Assembly (NCBI GenBank): GCA_951406725.2 | Contig: OX597826.1 | Span: 67,022,001 to 67,086,000, forward strand | Length of the DNA: 64,000 nt | Direction: 5' to 3' | Source: Octopus vulgaris | Taxonomy: Eukaryota | Shown: piece by piece, positions 1 through 12,540 of the stretch | How the letters are laid out: each line of letters starts with the position of its first letter | Numbering within the stretch: position 1 is the stretch's first letter | Program-made: the position numbers and the translations under genes | Notes under the pieces: generated by a model | Seen by the model: the letters and a program-made list of their open reading frames with translations, nothing else | Databases searched by the model: none | What the model was told of the DNA's origin: nothing

Positions 1-227
1 AGCAGGTGGAGTTGATGGGTGTTTAAGAAGAAGAAAAATCTGTGTTTAGTGTTTCCAGCTTCGCAGACGTCAAGGTGTGTCTAGACGTCTACAACAACGG
101 TGAAAAATTACCTTTGTTTGCTGGAGTTAATTAAACAATATTTAGTCTGACTAAGTTCTGTGCGTATGTCCAATACATTATGCGTATGCAGTTAGAAACT
201 GGTGAGGTTAAGTTCAACAGGAGGTGT

Positions 228-387
<160 letters not shown>

Positions 388-446
388 TATTGGTGAATTG
401 AAGAAATGGAGCTGAACGCAGATTGAACAGAAATCGTTTTATTTCA

Positions 447-526
447 TTCTACACGTGTTTCGAAAGGCACAAATTACCAAAATCCGATTGAATAATGGGA
501 CCACATTGTGTCTTTCTCTTCAGGAA
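447..526 (-). ncRNA. Mirror copy of the intact hammerhead ribozyme
   Basis: Exact reverse complement of 704-783 in the left palindrome arm. Confidence 0.85.
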
Positions 527-703
527 GAAAATAGGAAATCCGTTGGAAAAACAAAAACAGAACAGAGGCGGAGCAAAAACAAATCGAACTATGCTCCTAA
601 GAGCCCATGGCGAAACTCGCCATGAGCTCTTAGGAGCATAGTTCGATTTGTTTTTGCTCCGCCTCTGTTCTGTTTTTGTTTTTCCAACGGATTTCCTATT
701 TTC

Positions 704-783
704 TTCCTGAAGAGAAAGACACAATGTGGTCCCATTATTCAATCGGATTTTGGTAATTTGTGCCTTTCGAAACACGTGTAGAA
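704..783 (+). ncRNA. Minimal type-I hammerhead ribozyme, intact core
   Basis: UUC-CUGAAGA(707-713)-stem II GAAAGACAC...GUGCCUUUC-GAAA(769-772)-C-ACGU-G-UA|GAA. Stem I is UUC/GAA, stem III has the palindromic CACGUG, and predicted cleavage is after A780. Confidence 0.85.
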
Positions 784-1015
784 TGAAATAAAACGATTTC
801 TGTTCAATCTGCGTTCAGCTCCATTTCTTCAATTCACCAATAATGTTTTAATTTCAATTATCCGCACCAACGCACGGTTGCAACACCATATGGTTGTACC
901 TCCAACCGTGCTGTTTACTGCTGTGATTTTTGCTACTAAGGTATCGGTTAAACCTTTGATTAATCTACTACAAGATTATTCATCTTTCTATTTCACATTA
1001 TATATATATATATAT

Positions 1016-1078
<63 letters not shown>

Positions 1079-1344
1079 GTTAGACATGGCCTGGGCCAAT
1101 AATGGCCGAAACCTATCAAAGTATATATGTATGTATACATATATATATATAAATAGATATACATATACATATATATATAGAGATAGATATACATATATAT
1201 ATAGATATAGATATACATATACATATATATAAACATATAAATATATAAACACAGATATATACACGTGGGTGTGTGTGTATGTATGTATATATATATGTGT
1301 GCGTGTGTGTGTGTGTATGTGTGTGTGTGTGCGTGTGTGTGTGA

Positions 1345-1727
1345 ATACATATATAAGGGATGACCTCTAAGTGGACCTCAATTATGCTATAGGTAGAACC
1401 CATATGGTCTGACCACTAAGAAAGATTGTTTTTAAGAAAATTCAGCAAACGCCAGAAGGTAAGCGAGCAAGACAAATGAAAATATACAATATATAAAGAT
1501 TAATCACAAATCCGATTTCATTGTTACCATTTACGTAATTACTTACGTAAATGTCCGGGTTTGTGATTAATCTTTGTATTTTTGTATCTTTTCATTTGTC
1601 TTGCTCGCTTACATTCTGGCGTTTGCTGAATTTACTTAAGAACAATCTTTTCTTAGTGGTCAGACCATATGGGGTCCACCTCTAGCATAATGGATGTCCA
1701 CTTAGTGGTCATTATTCTAATATGTAT
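1345..1727. repeat. Diverged fold-back inverted repeat (~180-bp arms)
   Basis: Examples: CCCATATGGTCTGACCACTAAGAAA pairs with TTTCTTAGTGGTCAGACCATATGGG. Central hairpin CATTTACGTAA-ttac-TTACGTAAATG (1528-1553). Confidence 0.9.
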
Positions 1728-2086
1728 GTAATATAATTTTTCTGAATCTTCAGATTTTTCAATATGCTAGGCTACTGGTTTTAAATTGATATCAATGAAA
1801 TTAATATTCAATTTTTCACCCTTATTGTTTAAATTTAAATAACCATGATTTCTAACCGGTAAAATTCTCTGCTGAGAATTATTTTCTGTATAATTATTCC
1901 CGGTATTTTGGCAAGCCAAAACGAAGAATTTTGAAATATGACCCCAAATATAACTGGTAGAACTATATGCATGTCCAATCTCAAGTGGACGTCTCGTGTA
2001 TAGGCCTTTCAAAATGTGACCTCGTGTGTACCGTTGGCGATTTTTTTCCCTCTGTCTTCTCTTCTCTGGATCTTTCCTTCTCCAAT

Positions 2087-2120
2087 GTTTCCGACGAAGA
2101 GCTCCGCTCGAAATTTAAAC
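2087..2120 (+). ncRNA. Degenerate minimal hammerhead motif in a Penelope-like terminal repeat
   Basis: GUUU-CCGACGA-A-GAGC-ucc-GCUC-GAAA-uuu-AAAC. Stems I and II are intact; the core carries U4C and has lost the CG of stem III. Confidence 0.55.
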
Positions 2121-2230
2121 CCTCCTTCTTTCCTTCTTTCCTGACCGTCCAATAATACTATATTTGTTCCACGTCATCGCGTTGTTGCCTTTTTTTTTGT
2201 GCTTTCTTGTTTGGATTAAATATATATATA

Positions 2231-2397
2231 CAGGAGTGGCTGTGTGGTAAATAGCTTGCTAACCAACCACATGGTTCCGGGTTCAGTCCCACTGCGTGGC
2301 ATCTTGGGTAAGTGCCTTCTGCTATAGCCCCGAGTCGACCAATGCCTTGTGAGTGGATTTGGTAGACGGAAACTGAAAGAAGCCTGTCGTATATATG

Positions 2398-2432
<35 letters not shown>

Positions 2433-2634
2433 TTGTGGGTCTGTGTTTGTCCCCCTAGCATTGCTTGACAACCGATGCTGGTGTGTTTACGTGCCCGTCA
2501 CTTAGCGGTTCGGCAAAAGAGACCGATAGAATAAGTACTGGGCTTACAAAGAATAAGTCCCGGGGTCGATTTGCTTGACTAAAAGGCGGTGCTCCAGCAT
2601 GGCCGCAGTCAAATGACTGAAACAAGTAAAAGAA
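2231..2634 (+). mobile_element. tRNA-derived CORE-like SINE (family A), near full length
   Basis: A box TGGCTGTGTGG, B box GGTTCAGTCCC, CORE-like CTTGGG(C/T)AAGTG, internal TA/TG microsatellite, and tail GCATGGCCGCAGTCAAATGACTGAAACAAGTAAAAGA. More than 10 copies in the window. Confidence 0.9.
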
Positions 2635-3149
2635 TATATATATATATATATATATATACACAGGAATGACTATGAATACTTGTTTTAGTCTTTAGACTCC
2701 GGCCATGTTGGGGCATGGCTTTGATGAATTTTAATCGAATGAATCGAAGTAGTGCTTGTGTTTTTTAAGGTCTGGTACTTCTTTTATCGGACTCTTTTCC
2801 CTGACGACTAGTTTGCGGAGACGTCAACACAACAACACCTGTTGACAAGTGATGCCCGATTCCACAATGCAATCGGTTTTATAGGGCAACATTCATATAT
2901 ATTAATATATTTTATATGTAAAGCATAATGTTATACATGTATGTGTATTCTTGTAATTGTCATTTTAGTAAATAAATAAATAGGTTGACATAATATTATG
3001 TCTAAATGTTGATGAATGCCACCTATTGATACCCTCTATTTCCTTATTGTTATATATATATATATATATATAATATATATATATATAATAGAAATATTAA
3101 AGATACTAAGTCTCTCTAAAAGAGATTACGGCAGCGTTACTGGAAATTA

Positions 3150-3415
3150 ATAGTTATCGCCATAATAATATGACAGTCTTATAAATATAAGAATAAAGCT
3201 GTCGCTGATTAGCTCCATGAGGCCATCGCCTTAAGCTAGCTATTTGACACACAAACTGCGTCCATTATAAACCTTCGAACAAGGGAGGTCAGTCGCTTCA
3301 TCCTGCCAGTCGAAGGTTTGTGTGTCAAATAGCTAGCTTAAGGCGATGGCCTCATGGAGCTAATCAGCTACAGCATTAGTCTTATATTTATAAGACTGCC
3401 ATATTAGTATGGTGA

Positions 3416-3422
<7 letters not shown>
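3150..3422. repeat. Inverted repeat (~105-bp arms) next to (TA)n
   Basis: GCTGATTAGCTCCATGAGGCCATCGCCTTAAGCTAGCTATTTGACACACAAAC recurs as its reverse complement at ~3316-3368. The spacer is ~60 bp. Confidence 0.9.
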
Positions 3423-3452
<30 letters not shown>

Positions 3453-4126
3453 CATACACATACACACACAGACACACACACATACACACACAAACACAAT
3501 CTATATTCATTTATGTATGCCTAATTAGATAGATAGTTTAACAGACCTTTACGCCTAAAAATCACCAGTAACAATTATTTAAATACCACCAACTGTGCCC
3601 AGCCTTAACACCTTATATTTAAGGACCCACCCCACCACTGCATCCTAGACAGAGATAAGCCTTAGCTGATTCGGGGAAAATATCGATTCTCTTAAAACTG
3701 TTCTATCGAAGAAATTTAGAAAATGTTTCGCGTTGAGTTTCATAAAAATGTAGACATAAATAAATAAATATAATTTTACTATTTAATTTTTAAAAATTCT
3801 TCTGGAAAAAAATGTATTTTTTCCGAAATATTCTACTAATTAACATAATTACTGTAAATGAATTATTTTTCTAATCAGCGACTTTTTGCAAATTCTATTG
3901 CCGTGCTTGGGGCAATAAGATATTCTAAGTTTACTTCGTTTAATTTTATTGTCTATTTATTTATTTTTGAGTTCTGGAGCTAAAAAGAACAAATTTCAAA
4001 AAATGGCAAATAGACTATAGTTTTCTCTAGGATATGTTGTGCTTGTATGCAAGATTTCGTCTGTGTACGACCGAAACTGTTGCCTGCTTGGAACATATTT
4101 ATTTATATATATATATATATATAAAA

Positions 4127-4157
<31 letters not shown>

Positions 4158-4475
4158 ATATATATACTTACGTACAGGCATACATACATACGTACGTACA
4201 TACATATATACATACTTACATACGTACGTACGTACATACATAGGTACGTACGTACATCCATCCATCCCTGCATACATACATAATGCATATATATATATGT
4301 TTTTGTTTTCATGATTTTGTTCCTCATTGTTTTCGATGTTCTTTATGTCCTGTATCCATATATGCATGTATATATACATACATATATATGTAGGTATGTA
4401 CATATATGTATGTATATATGCTTATGTTTGTATATTATTTATATTAATATATATACGTACATACGTACATACATA

Positions 4476-4512
<37 letters not shown>

Positions 4513-4516
<4 letters not shown>

Positions 4517-4845
4517 GAGCAAATCAACCCCGGAACTTATTCTTTGTAAGCCTAGTACTTATTCTATCGGCCTCTTTCGCCGAACTGCTATAGTTACGGG
4601 GACGTAAACACACCAGCCTCGATTGTCAAGCGATGTTGGGGTGGGGGACAAACGCAGACACCCGAACATATACACACACATACATTATATATATATATAA
4701 ATATATATATTTACATACATATACACGACGGGCTTCCGTCTACCAAATCCGCTCATAAGGCTTTGGTCGGTCTGAAGCTATAGTAGAAGACACTTGCCCA
4801 AGGTGACACGCTGTGGGACTGAACCCGGAACCATGTGGTTGGTAA
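4513..4845 (-). mobile_element. SINE family A, truncated
   Basis: Reverse complement of the internal part of 2231-2634. Confidence 0.85.
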
Positions 4846-5275
4846 ACTAATCCAAATATTGATCAATCTAAAACTAACTGATTTGTTTTATGAATTTTTG
4901 GCCAGCCTGCCTTCCCGTTTACAACCTGGTAATTAACTGTGGAGTGAATATTTGAAGTGGCAGGCCGTATTCGGCGTGTTCTTTCAGCATAAATGCACAA
5001 TAGCTTTTGTGCCCTTAAGTATAATTGTACCCTATACAGTTATATATCCCTATAAATATATTTTAGGTAAAAGGTATTTATATGCTAACCACTGATAACA
5101 TTCATTAATTTTAATGATTTTATCATCTAATTATGTTTTTACCTACTGACCCTGTAGCCCTGATGGTAAATAATTATTTAATCTTAACATATTGGTCTTC
5201 TAGACTATTTGTCTGAGCCATGTTTTCTTTCCTCTTCCTTTTTCCTTTTGTTTATATTGTATGATCTTGTTTTCC

Positions 5276-5389
5276 ACTCTGATGAAGATCCGTTGCCTTA
5301 ATTCGAACGCCCTCTGAAGATGAAGAATTTTATTCTCGCCTTTATGTATAAACTGCATTTTAGCAATCCGATCAGAAACAGCCGTAAGA
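5276..5389 (+). ncRNA. Hammerhead-like motif with long stem II insertion
   Basis: CUGAUGA(5279-5285)-A-GAUC..UUGC...GCAA..GAUC-A-GAAA(5375-5378)-C-AGCC-G-UA. Stem I is only ~2 bp. Confidence 0.55.
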
Positions 5390-6032
5390 TATGTTACGTC
5401 ACCTATTTTGTTATGTCATGCTTTGTAAAAAATATAAGCTATAAACATGGTCCAATCGATGTGGTGGTTAATCTGTGGTTTTCTCCATTTTCAAATTATA
5501 TATATATATACCCAGATAAGACAGGCTTCCACACAGTTTTCGTCTCCCAAATTCATTCTTAAAGTATTGGTGGGCCCGGGGCTATATTTGAAGGCATTTA
5601 CCAAGCGTGCTGCGCTATAGAGCTGAACGCTTAACAATATGTTGGCTAAGCAAACTTTTTTTTACCAGACAACCATCTCAGCGCCTACGTAATTAAGAAT
5701 AACAAAACATTTTCAATATATTATGAACATAATAATTTAATTAGGTACTTAGAAATAAATTTGATGAACGGAGGTATATTTATAAGCCTGAAACATAGTT
5801 CTCAGCATATTTGTTTTTTTAATCCCATGAGGTAAAATTGAAAGGAAAGAAAGCGGTTTAAAGAGTGGTAGAAAATGTCTTCGCCAGACGATACAGTGAA
5901 TCTAATCAAACCCAATACTTGATTGGTACTTATTTCACCATCTGTTGGATAAATGAGAACAAATTCAGCCAAAGTGAAGTTCAAAATCAAAATGGAGAAT
6001 GATGTAAAGGGAAGAGATTTGACTAAATATTC

Positions 6033-7003
6033 TTTTCTATTCTAGGCACAAGGTTCGAAAATTTTGGGAAGGGGCCAGTCGATTAGATCGACTCCAGTAC
6101 GCAACTGGTACTCAATTTATCGACACCGAAAGGATGAAAGGCAAACTCGATCTCGATGGAATTTGAACTCGGAGTGTAAAAACAGACGAATTACCGCTAA
6201 GCATTCTGCCCAATGTGCTAACGTTTCTGCCAGCTCGTCGCCTTGATGTGACTAAATATTCGTTTCTCCACTAGGCACAAGGCCGGAAATTTGTGGGAAG
6301 GGGCCACTCCATTAGATCGTCTCCGAAAGGAAGAAAGGCGTTGTCGACGACGGCGGAATTAGAACTCAGAACGTAAAGACAGACGAAATAGCGCTAACGT
6401 TTCTTATTTCTTTACTACCCACAAGGGGCTAAACACAGAGAGGACAAACAAGGACAGACAAACGGATTAAGTCGATTACATCGACCCCAGTACGCAACTG
6501 GTACTTATTTAATCGACCCCGAAAGGATGAAAAGCAAAGTCGACCTCGGCAGAATTTGAACTCAGAACGTAACGGCAGACGAAATACATATTTCTTTACT
6601 GCCTACAAGGGTCTAAACACAGAGAGAACAAACAAGGACAGACAAAGGGATTAAGTCGATTACATCGACACCAGTGCGTAACTGGTACTTATTTAATCGA
6701 CCCCGAAAAGTTGAAAAGCAAAGTCGACCTCGGCGGAATTTGAACTCAGAACGTAACAACAGACGAAATACCTATTTCTTTACTACCCATAAGGGGCTAA
6801 ACACAGCGAGGACAAACAAGGACAGACAAACGGATTAATTCGATTATATGGACACTAGTGCGTAACTGGTACTTATTCAATCGACCTCGAAAGGATGAAA
6901 GGTAAAGTCGACCTCGGCGGAATTTGAACTCAGAACGTAACGGCAGACGAAATACCGCTAAGCATTTCGCCCGGCGTGCTAACGTTACTACTAGCTCGCT
7001 GCA
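6033..7003 (-). mobile_element. Tandem array of SINE family B (5 body units)
   Basis: Repeated body GGTCGACTTTGCCTTTCATCCTTTCGGGGTCGATAAATTAAGTACCAG (minus strand) at ~185-bp spacing, with head AAGGCGGCGAGCTGGCAGAAACGTTAGCACGCC. The central block resembles the Meta-type SINE domain (recalled, not verified). Confidence 0.9.
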
Positions 7004-7199
7004 TTGATGTGACTAAATATTGCAAGCTTTATGTCACTCATACAATATGTATACGGCTGATACTATTAAAGTAATAAGATCGTATATTGTATGGTGTAAT
7101 TTTTTTTTTCAACTATGGACACAAACTCTGGAAAATTTGAAGGAGGAAGCTGGTCGTAACATCAACACCAGTCCTCGATTTGTAGTTATATTATCGATT

Positions 7200-8205
7200 C
7201 CGAAAGGCCAAAAGTCCGAAAGGTAAAGTCGACCTCGGCGGAATTAGAATTCAGAGCGTAAAACCGAAAGAAATACCATTAAGTATCATGTTAGTCGAAT
7301 TAACGATTCTATCAGCTCGCCGCCTTAGAATAGTAACAATATTAACCATCAAAAATATTAGTTTCACTAATATATTAATGTCGACAAAATCGATTACAGT
7401 TACCAATGTTTACTACAATAACCAACAATACTTACTACAATAGCCATAAATACTAAATGTCATAGTTGTCTTTGAGACTATAGCTATTAGTATAGTCAAT
7501 ATTAACGGTTATAAATGTTAGTATTAGTGGCTGTAGTAGGAAGTGTTGATGGCTGCAGGAGTTAGTATCATTGGTTATTGTTAATTGATATTAGTTTTAA
7601 ATTTTGACACAAGGCCAGCATTTTCATAGGAGGGCGTAAGTCGATTACATCGATCCCGGGGCTTGACTGTTACTTGTTTATCGACCCCGAAACGACGAAA
7701 GATAAAGTCGACCTCGGCGGAATTTCAATGCAGAACGTGAACACAGCGGGTGACATACATATTTCTTTGTTGCCCACAAGGGGCTGAACACAGAGAGAAC
7801 AAACAAGGACAGACAAATGGATTAAGTCGATTATATCTACCCCAGTGCGTAACTAGTGCTTAATTTATCGACCTCGAAAGGATGAAAGGCAAGGTCGACC
7901 TCGGTGGAATTTGAACTCAGAACGGATGAAACATCAATAAGCATTTTGCCCGGCGTGCTAATGATCCTGCCAGCTTTCCGCTTAGTCGTGATATTGGTTT
8001 CAAATTTTGGTACAAGGCCAGCAATTTCAGAGAAGGGCCTCAGTCGAAAACTTTGATGCGAGTGTTCAATTGGTACGTTATTTTACCAAGCCCGAAATGA
8101 TGTAAGGCAAAGTCGACCCCGGAGGTATTTGAACTCAGAACGTAAAGTCGGAAAAAAAAGCCACAAAGCATTTTGTCCGGTGCGATAATGATTCTTCCAT
8201 TTTTG
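7200..8205 (-). mobile_element. Cluster of SINE family B copies (minus)
   Basis: Copies at ~7200-7327, 7600-7983 (dimer) and 8000-8205. Confidence 0.8.
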
Positions 8206-8312
8206 CCGACATGTTAGTAGTATTAATATAGATGATCATAATAGAGAACATCACTGAATACAGAAATTAGTTCTGCTTTTTAGAATAGTCAGTACTAGCG
8301 TTTATTGTAATA

Positions 8313-8582
8313 AAGGCGGAGTGTGTTTGCAGAATCGTTTGCGCGACGGACAAACTACTTAGCGGCGTTTCGTCCGTCTTTATGTTGTGAGTTCAAATTC
8401 CGCCGAGGTCGACTTTGTCTTTCATCCTTTCCGTGTTGATAAGGAAAGTTCCAGTTGAGCACTGGAGTCGATATAATAGATTTACTCCCTCTCCTGAAAT
8501 TTCTGGCCTTGTGCCAAAATTTGAAATCAATAGTGATGACGGTTATAGAGAGTATCGATGATTACAGAAATTAGTTCTAATT

Positions 8583-8618
<36 letters not shown>

Positions 8619-9470
8619 GTTAGCACTAGTGCTTATTGTAATTACTATTAATAAAGGCGGTGAGTTGGCCGAATTGTTAGGGCGTCGACAAAAGGCGAAG
8701 CAGTATTTCTTCCGGCACATTGTATCCTCAATTTTGCCTTCATCCTTTCGGTGTCAATAAAATTTAATTACCTATCTTGTACTAACACCGAAGATATCGA
8801 TTCAAAATTGCAGGCCTTGTGCCAAAGTCAGAAACCATTAATGTTTGCCGTTGTTCTTGCTCTTCAGCACCAGATCAACTTCGACACAGAAGACCTCAAT
8901 CGGAATTCTAAACGGTTATTTTTATGTGCAGGGTCAAAGGACCACATTATCCGAATATCCTGTGTGGGAAGACTTAGCTGCTATTTCTAGCAACATGAGC
9001 GATCATGTAGCACCTCTCTTGCTAATTCGCGGCGTCTATAGCAGTTAGTATTAATAGGGTAAATAATTTAACCGCTTTAGTACTTAATATTCGTGTCTAT
9101 TGTTCTTAGCTTTCAGAAGTCTGTATTGATCGGGATATCATTTAGTATTTGCGTTTATAGTGATCACTAATTGTGTCTATATTAGTTTGTATCGTTAGTA
9201 GTTCTAACAGTGACTAGAGGTATTTCGTACTAGAGACATGATTAGTGACTAATTACGATTAAAGTGCTTAGAAAAGGCGGCGACCTGGCAAACTTTTTAG
9301 CACGCCAGGCAAAATGCTAATGGTATTTCGTCCGTCTTTACGTTCTGAGGTCGACTCTGCTCTTTCTTCCTTTCGGGGTCGATAAAATGAGTTGGGCAAT
9401 GGGGTCGACCTAATCGACTTAATCTCCTCCCCGAAATCGCTGGCCTTTCGCCAAAACTTGAAACCACGAT
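8313..9470 (+). mobile_element. SINE family B copies (plus)
   Basis: Copies at ~8313-8530, 8654-8840 and 9275-9470, each starting AAGGCGG. Confidence 0.8.
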
Positions 9471-9555
9471 TAAAATGCTTAGCGTTCGTGGATAGCACAG
9501 TTATTAATTGTGAGTGATGTGGTTTGCAGCTGTCACTGTAGCTGACAGTACTAGC

Positions 9556-9586
<31 letters not shown>

Positions 9587-9616
9587 TGTATGTATGTATG
9601 TATGTATGTATGTATG

Positions 9617-9676
<60 letters not shown>

Positions 9677-9679
<3 letters not shown>

Positions 9680-9860
9680 GAGAATTCACAAAACAAAAGT
9701 CGAAGACAAGTGGTGTAGACAACAAACAGATGTATTAGTATAATGTACGGAAAGTAGAAAAGTATTTAACGTTTCGAGCCTACGCTCTTCCACGGAAAGG
9801 AACACAGGAAGAAACAAGGAGAGAAAATAAAGAATGTGTAGTGGCTGGCAATCTATCATA
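9677..9860 (-). mobile_element. Penelope-like terminal-repeat fragment with hammerhead-like motif (9765-9798)
   Basis: Minus strand reads UUU-CCGUGGA-A-GAGC-guag-GCUC-GAAA-CGUU-AAA. It is flanked by (TA)n, and a second copy lies at ~39282-39432. Confidence 0.6.
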
Positions 9861-9878
9861 TATATTTATATATTCGTT

Positions 9879-10269
9879 TACTCTTTTAGTTGCTTCAGTC
9901 ATTTGACTGCAGCCATGCTGGAGTACCGCCCGCCTTTTAGTCGAATAAATCGCCCCCCAGAACTTGTCATTTGTAAGCCTAGTACTTATTCTATCGGTGT
10001 CTTTTGCCGAACAGCTAAGTTAAGGAGACTGGAACACACCGACATCGATTGTCGAGAGATAATAGTGGACAAACACAAGCATACAAATACATAAATGCAT
10101 ACATATACGACGGGCTTCTTTCAGTTTTCGTTGACCAAATCCACTCTCAAGGCTTTGGTCGGCCCCGAGGCTATAGTAGAAGACACTTGCCCAAAGTGCC
10201 ACGCAGTGGGACTGAACTCAGAACCACGTGGCTGGAAAGCAAGCTTCTTACTACCGCCACGCTGCACCT
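9879..10269 (-). mobile_element. SINE family A
   Basis: Diverged full-length reverse-complement copy. Confidence 0.85.
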
Positions 10270-10377
10270 ATATATATATGAGTTAGACTTCATATCTGTA
10301 GCTGTTAGTGTTGCTGGTTTGACTAGTTATAATTTGTGTCTATGAAGGGTGTGTTTGGTAGCTATATTAGTATTAAG

Positions 10378-11272
10378 ATGGCGAACTAGAACAATCTTTA
10401 GCAAGCCTGGCAAAATGCTGAGCATCATTTCGCCCGTCTTCACGTTCTGAGTTGAAATAACGCTGAGGTCGACTTTACCTTCTATTCTTTCGGGGTGGAT
10501 AAAATAATTACCACGTGAGCAATGGGGTCGCTGTAATCGACTCACCGGCCCCTTTAACAGTGCTGCAGTTGTGCCTAATTTTGAAACGTAGTAGCATAAA
10601 TAGATGTAATAGTTTGTATAGTAGTTAAAGTAATTAATATTACAGTCGATCATAGCATTGGTTGCTGGCGAGCTGGCAGAATCGTTAGCATAATGGACGA
10701 AAAGCTTAGCGGTATTTCGCCCATTGCTACGTTCTGAGTTCAAATTCAAAAGTGGTAGACTTTGCCTTTCATCCTTTCGTGGTCGATAAATTAAGTACCA
10801 GTGAAACATTGGGGTCGATATAATCAACTAGTTTCCACCCCACATATAATCGACTAGTTTCCACCCCACAAATTTCAGGCCTTGTGTCTCCAGGAGAAAA
10901 GATTATTGTTAGTATTAGTAAGTTGGCAAGCTGGCAGAAGCGTTAGCACGCTGGACGAAATGCATAGCTGTATTTTGCCCGTCGCTACGTTCTGAGTTCA
11001 AATTCCGCCGAGGTTGACTTTGCCTTTCATCCTTTCAGGGTCGATTAATTAAGTACCAGCGAAACATTAGTGTCGATATAATTAACTACTTCACTCCACA
11101 CAAAATTTCAGGCCTTGTGTCTCCAGGAGAAAAGATTATCATTACTGTTACTAAGGCAGCGAGCTGGCAGAATCGTTAGCATGTTGGACGGTATGCTTAG
11201 CCGAGGTCGACTTTGCCTTCCATCGTTTCGGGGTAAATAAATTAAGTACCAGTTACGCACTGGGGTCGATGT
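10378..11272 (+). mobile_element. Four head-to-tail SINE family B copies
   Basis: Heads at ~10378, 10664, 10920 and 11154. Two copies share the tail TTTCAGGCCTTGTGTCTCCAGGAGAAAAGATTAT. Confidence 0.85.
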
Positions 11273-11282
11273 ATGTAGGTAT

Positions 11283-11602
11283 GAAGGTGCGTTGCCTAGC
11301 GGTTGTACACATGATTGTGGCTTTGATTCCCGGACCGGGCGGTGAGTTGTGTTCCCTGTGCTCTTGAGGAAAACACTTCGTTTTACGTTTCCTCCAGCCC
11401 ACTCAGTCGTAAATGGGTTACACACTGCGACGGACGGTATAGCCTTCCGATCAGGGGCCAACGTTGGCCTGCTCGCGCCAATCAGCGGCGGAGGCTGGGG
11501 TGTTTGAGGTTGGGGGCGTCTTTGGTCGGAAGCTAAAACACAGTGCGAAGAACATTGTGAGCAGCGGTGTATAACAACAACCCATTGTCTGGTCAATACT
11601 GT
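11283..11602 (+). mobile_element. Old tRNA-derived SINE
   Basis: Degenerate A box (TGCCTAGCGG) and B box (TTTGATTCCC). The 3' end (GGCCTGCTCGC...CAGCG...GAAGCTAAAAC) is shared with the SINE at 12966-13250. Confidence 0.55.
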
Positions 11603-11603
11603 G

Positions 11604-11634
<31 letters not shown>

Positions 11635-11785
11635 TGTATCTATCTATCTATCTATCAGTCTGTCTGTCTATCTATCTATTTATCTATCTTGATAGAGAGA
11701 TAGATTGATAGATATAGATATATATATATATATACATGTCTATTTACATAAGCATAAATATGTATATATGCTTCTCTCTCTCTCT

Positions 11786-11821
<36 letters not shown>

Positions 11822-11949
11822 GTATGTATGTATGTTTGTATATATATCTGTTATGGCCATTTGCTTCGTTTCGCAGTAGCTATTTTATTTACGGTTATTG
11901 TGGTGACATGAGGAGCGATATATTACCATTGTTATTGTTGCTGATGCTC

Positions 11950-12540
11950 TTATTCTACATAGAATTTTACTGTTAGCTTTGTGGTTTCTCTAGGATACAA
12001 ATGTTGACTATTTTTCTGATTTTATGGTTTATATTTTATATTGTTATGGCCTTGTTTATTTGCTCCAGGCTTGGTTTTTATTTCGTTTCTGTGGATTTTG
12101 GTGACTTGTGTTTGAAGTTTGCGCTTCGTTTTTATGAGGTTGGCTATTTCTGTAATTTTTTATGGTGTCTTGAAGGATATGAGTTTAGATGCGTCTATAA
12201 TTATTTTGTTGGATGCATGTACTTCAGAGTTAATTGTGTTGGTCTTAGAGTTGTTAAATTCCGGTGTTCATGATTGGTTTTCTTGTTGGGTCTCGTTCTA
12301 CTGTATCGTTTGAAGTTTGTAAAAATAGTTTCGTTTACTGCGTGGTTGTGAGGGTAATTGTTAAGTGGTTCTAGGAATGGTTTGCAAAATGACCGTTGTT
12401 CTTTAGCTTCGTGCGTGGAGTAGATGGCAGTAGTTGGAGAAGTGTGGTTGCAAACGACTTGAGATGTGCAGGTGTTGGCTGAAGCTGTTCTGATGTAAAG
12501 AGAGTCCAGTTTTAATAATGTTTTCAAATCACTTTTGATA
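11950..12540 (-). pseudogene. Possible decayed non-LTR retrotransposon ORF2 fragment
   Basis: Strongly A-rich minus strand. One frame reads ...KTP*KITEIANLIKTKRKLQ..., resembling the EN-RT linker of LINEs; no catalytic motif seen. Confidence 0.25.

Noticed and set aside
1767-2012. 81-aa ORF as a host exon
   Set aside because: It sits between a fold-back repeat and an HHR-bearing repeat with no evident splice sites; at best a retroelement remnant.
3620-4035. Possible old MITE (ATCCTAGA...TCTAGGAT ends)
   Set aside because: The inverted similarity is too short and patchy in AT-rich DNA to support.
4045-4090. GTC...GAC-CGAAAC-TGTT hammerhead-like 3' half
   Set aside because: No CUGANGA and no convincing stem I.
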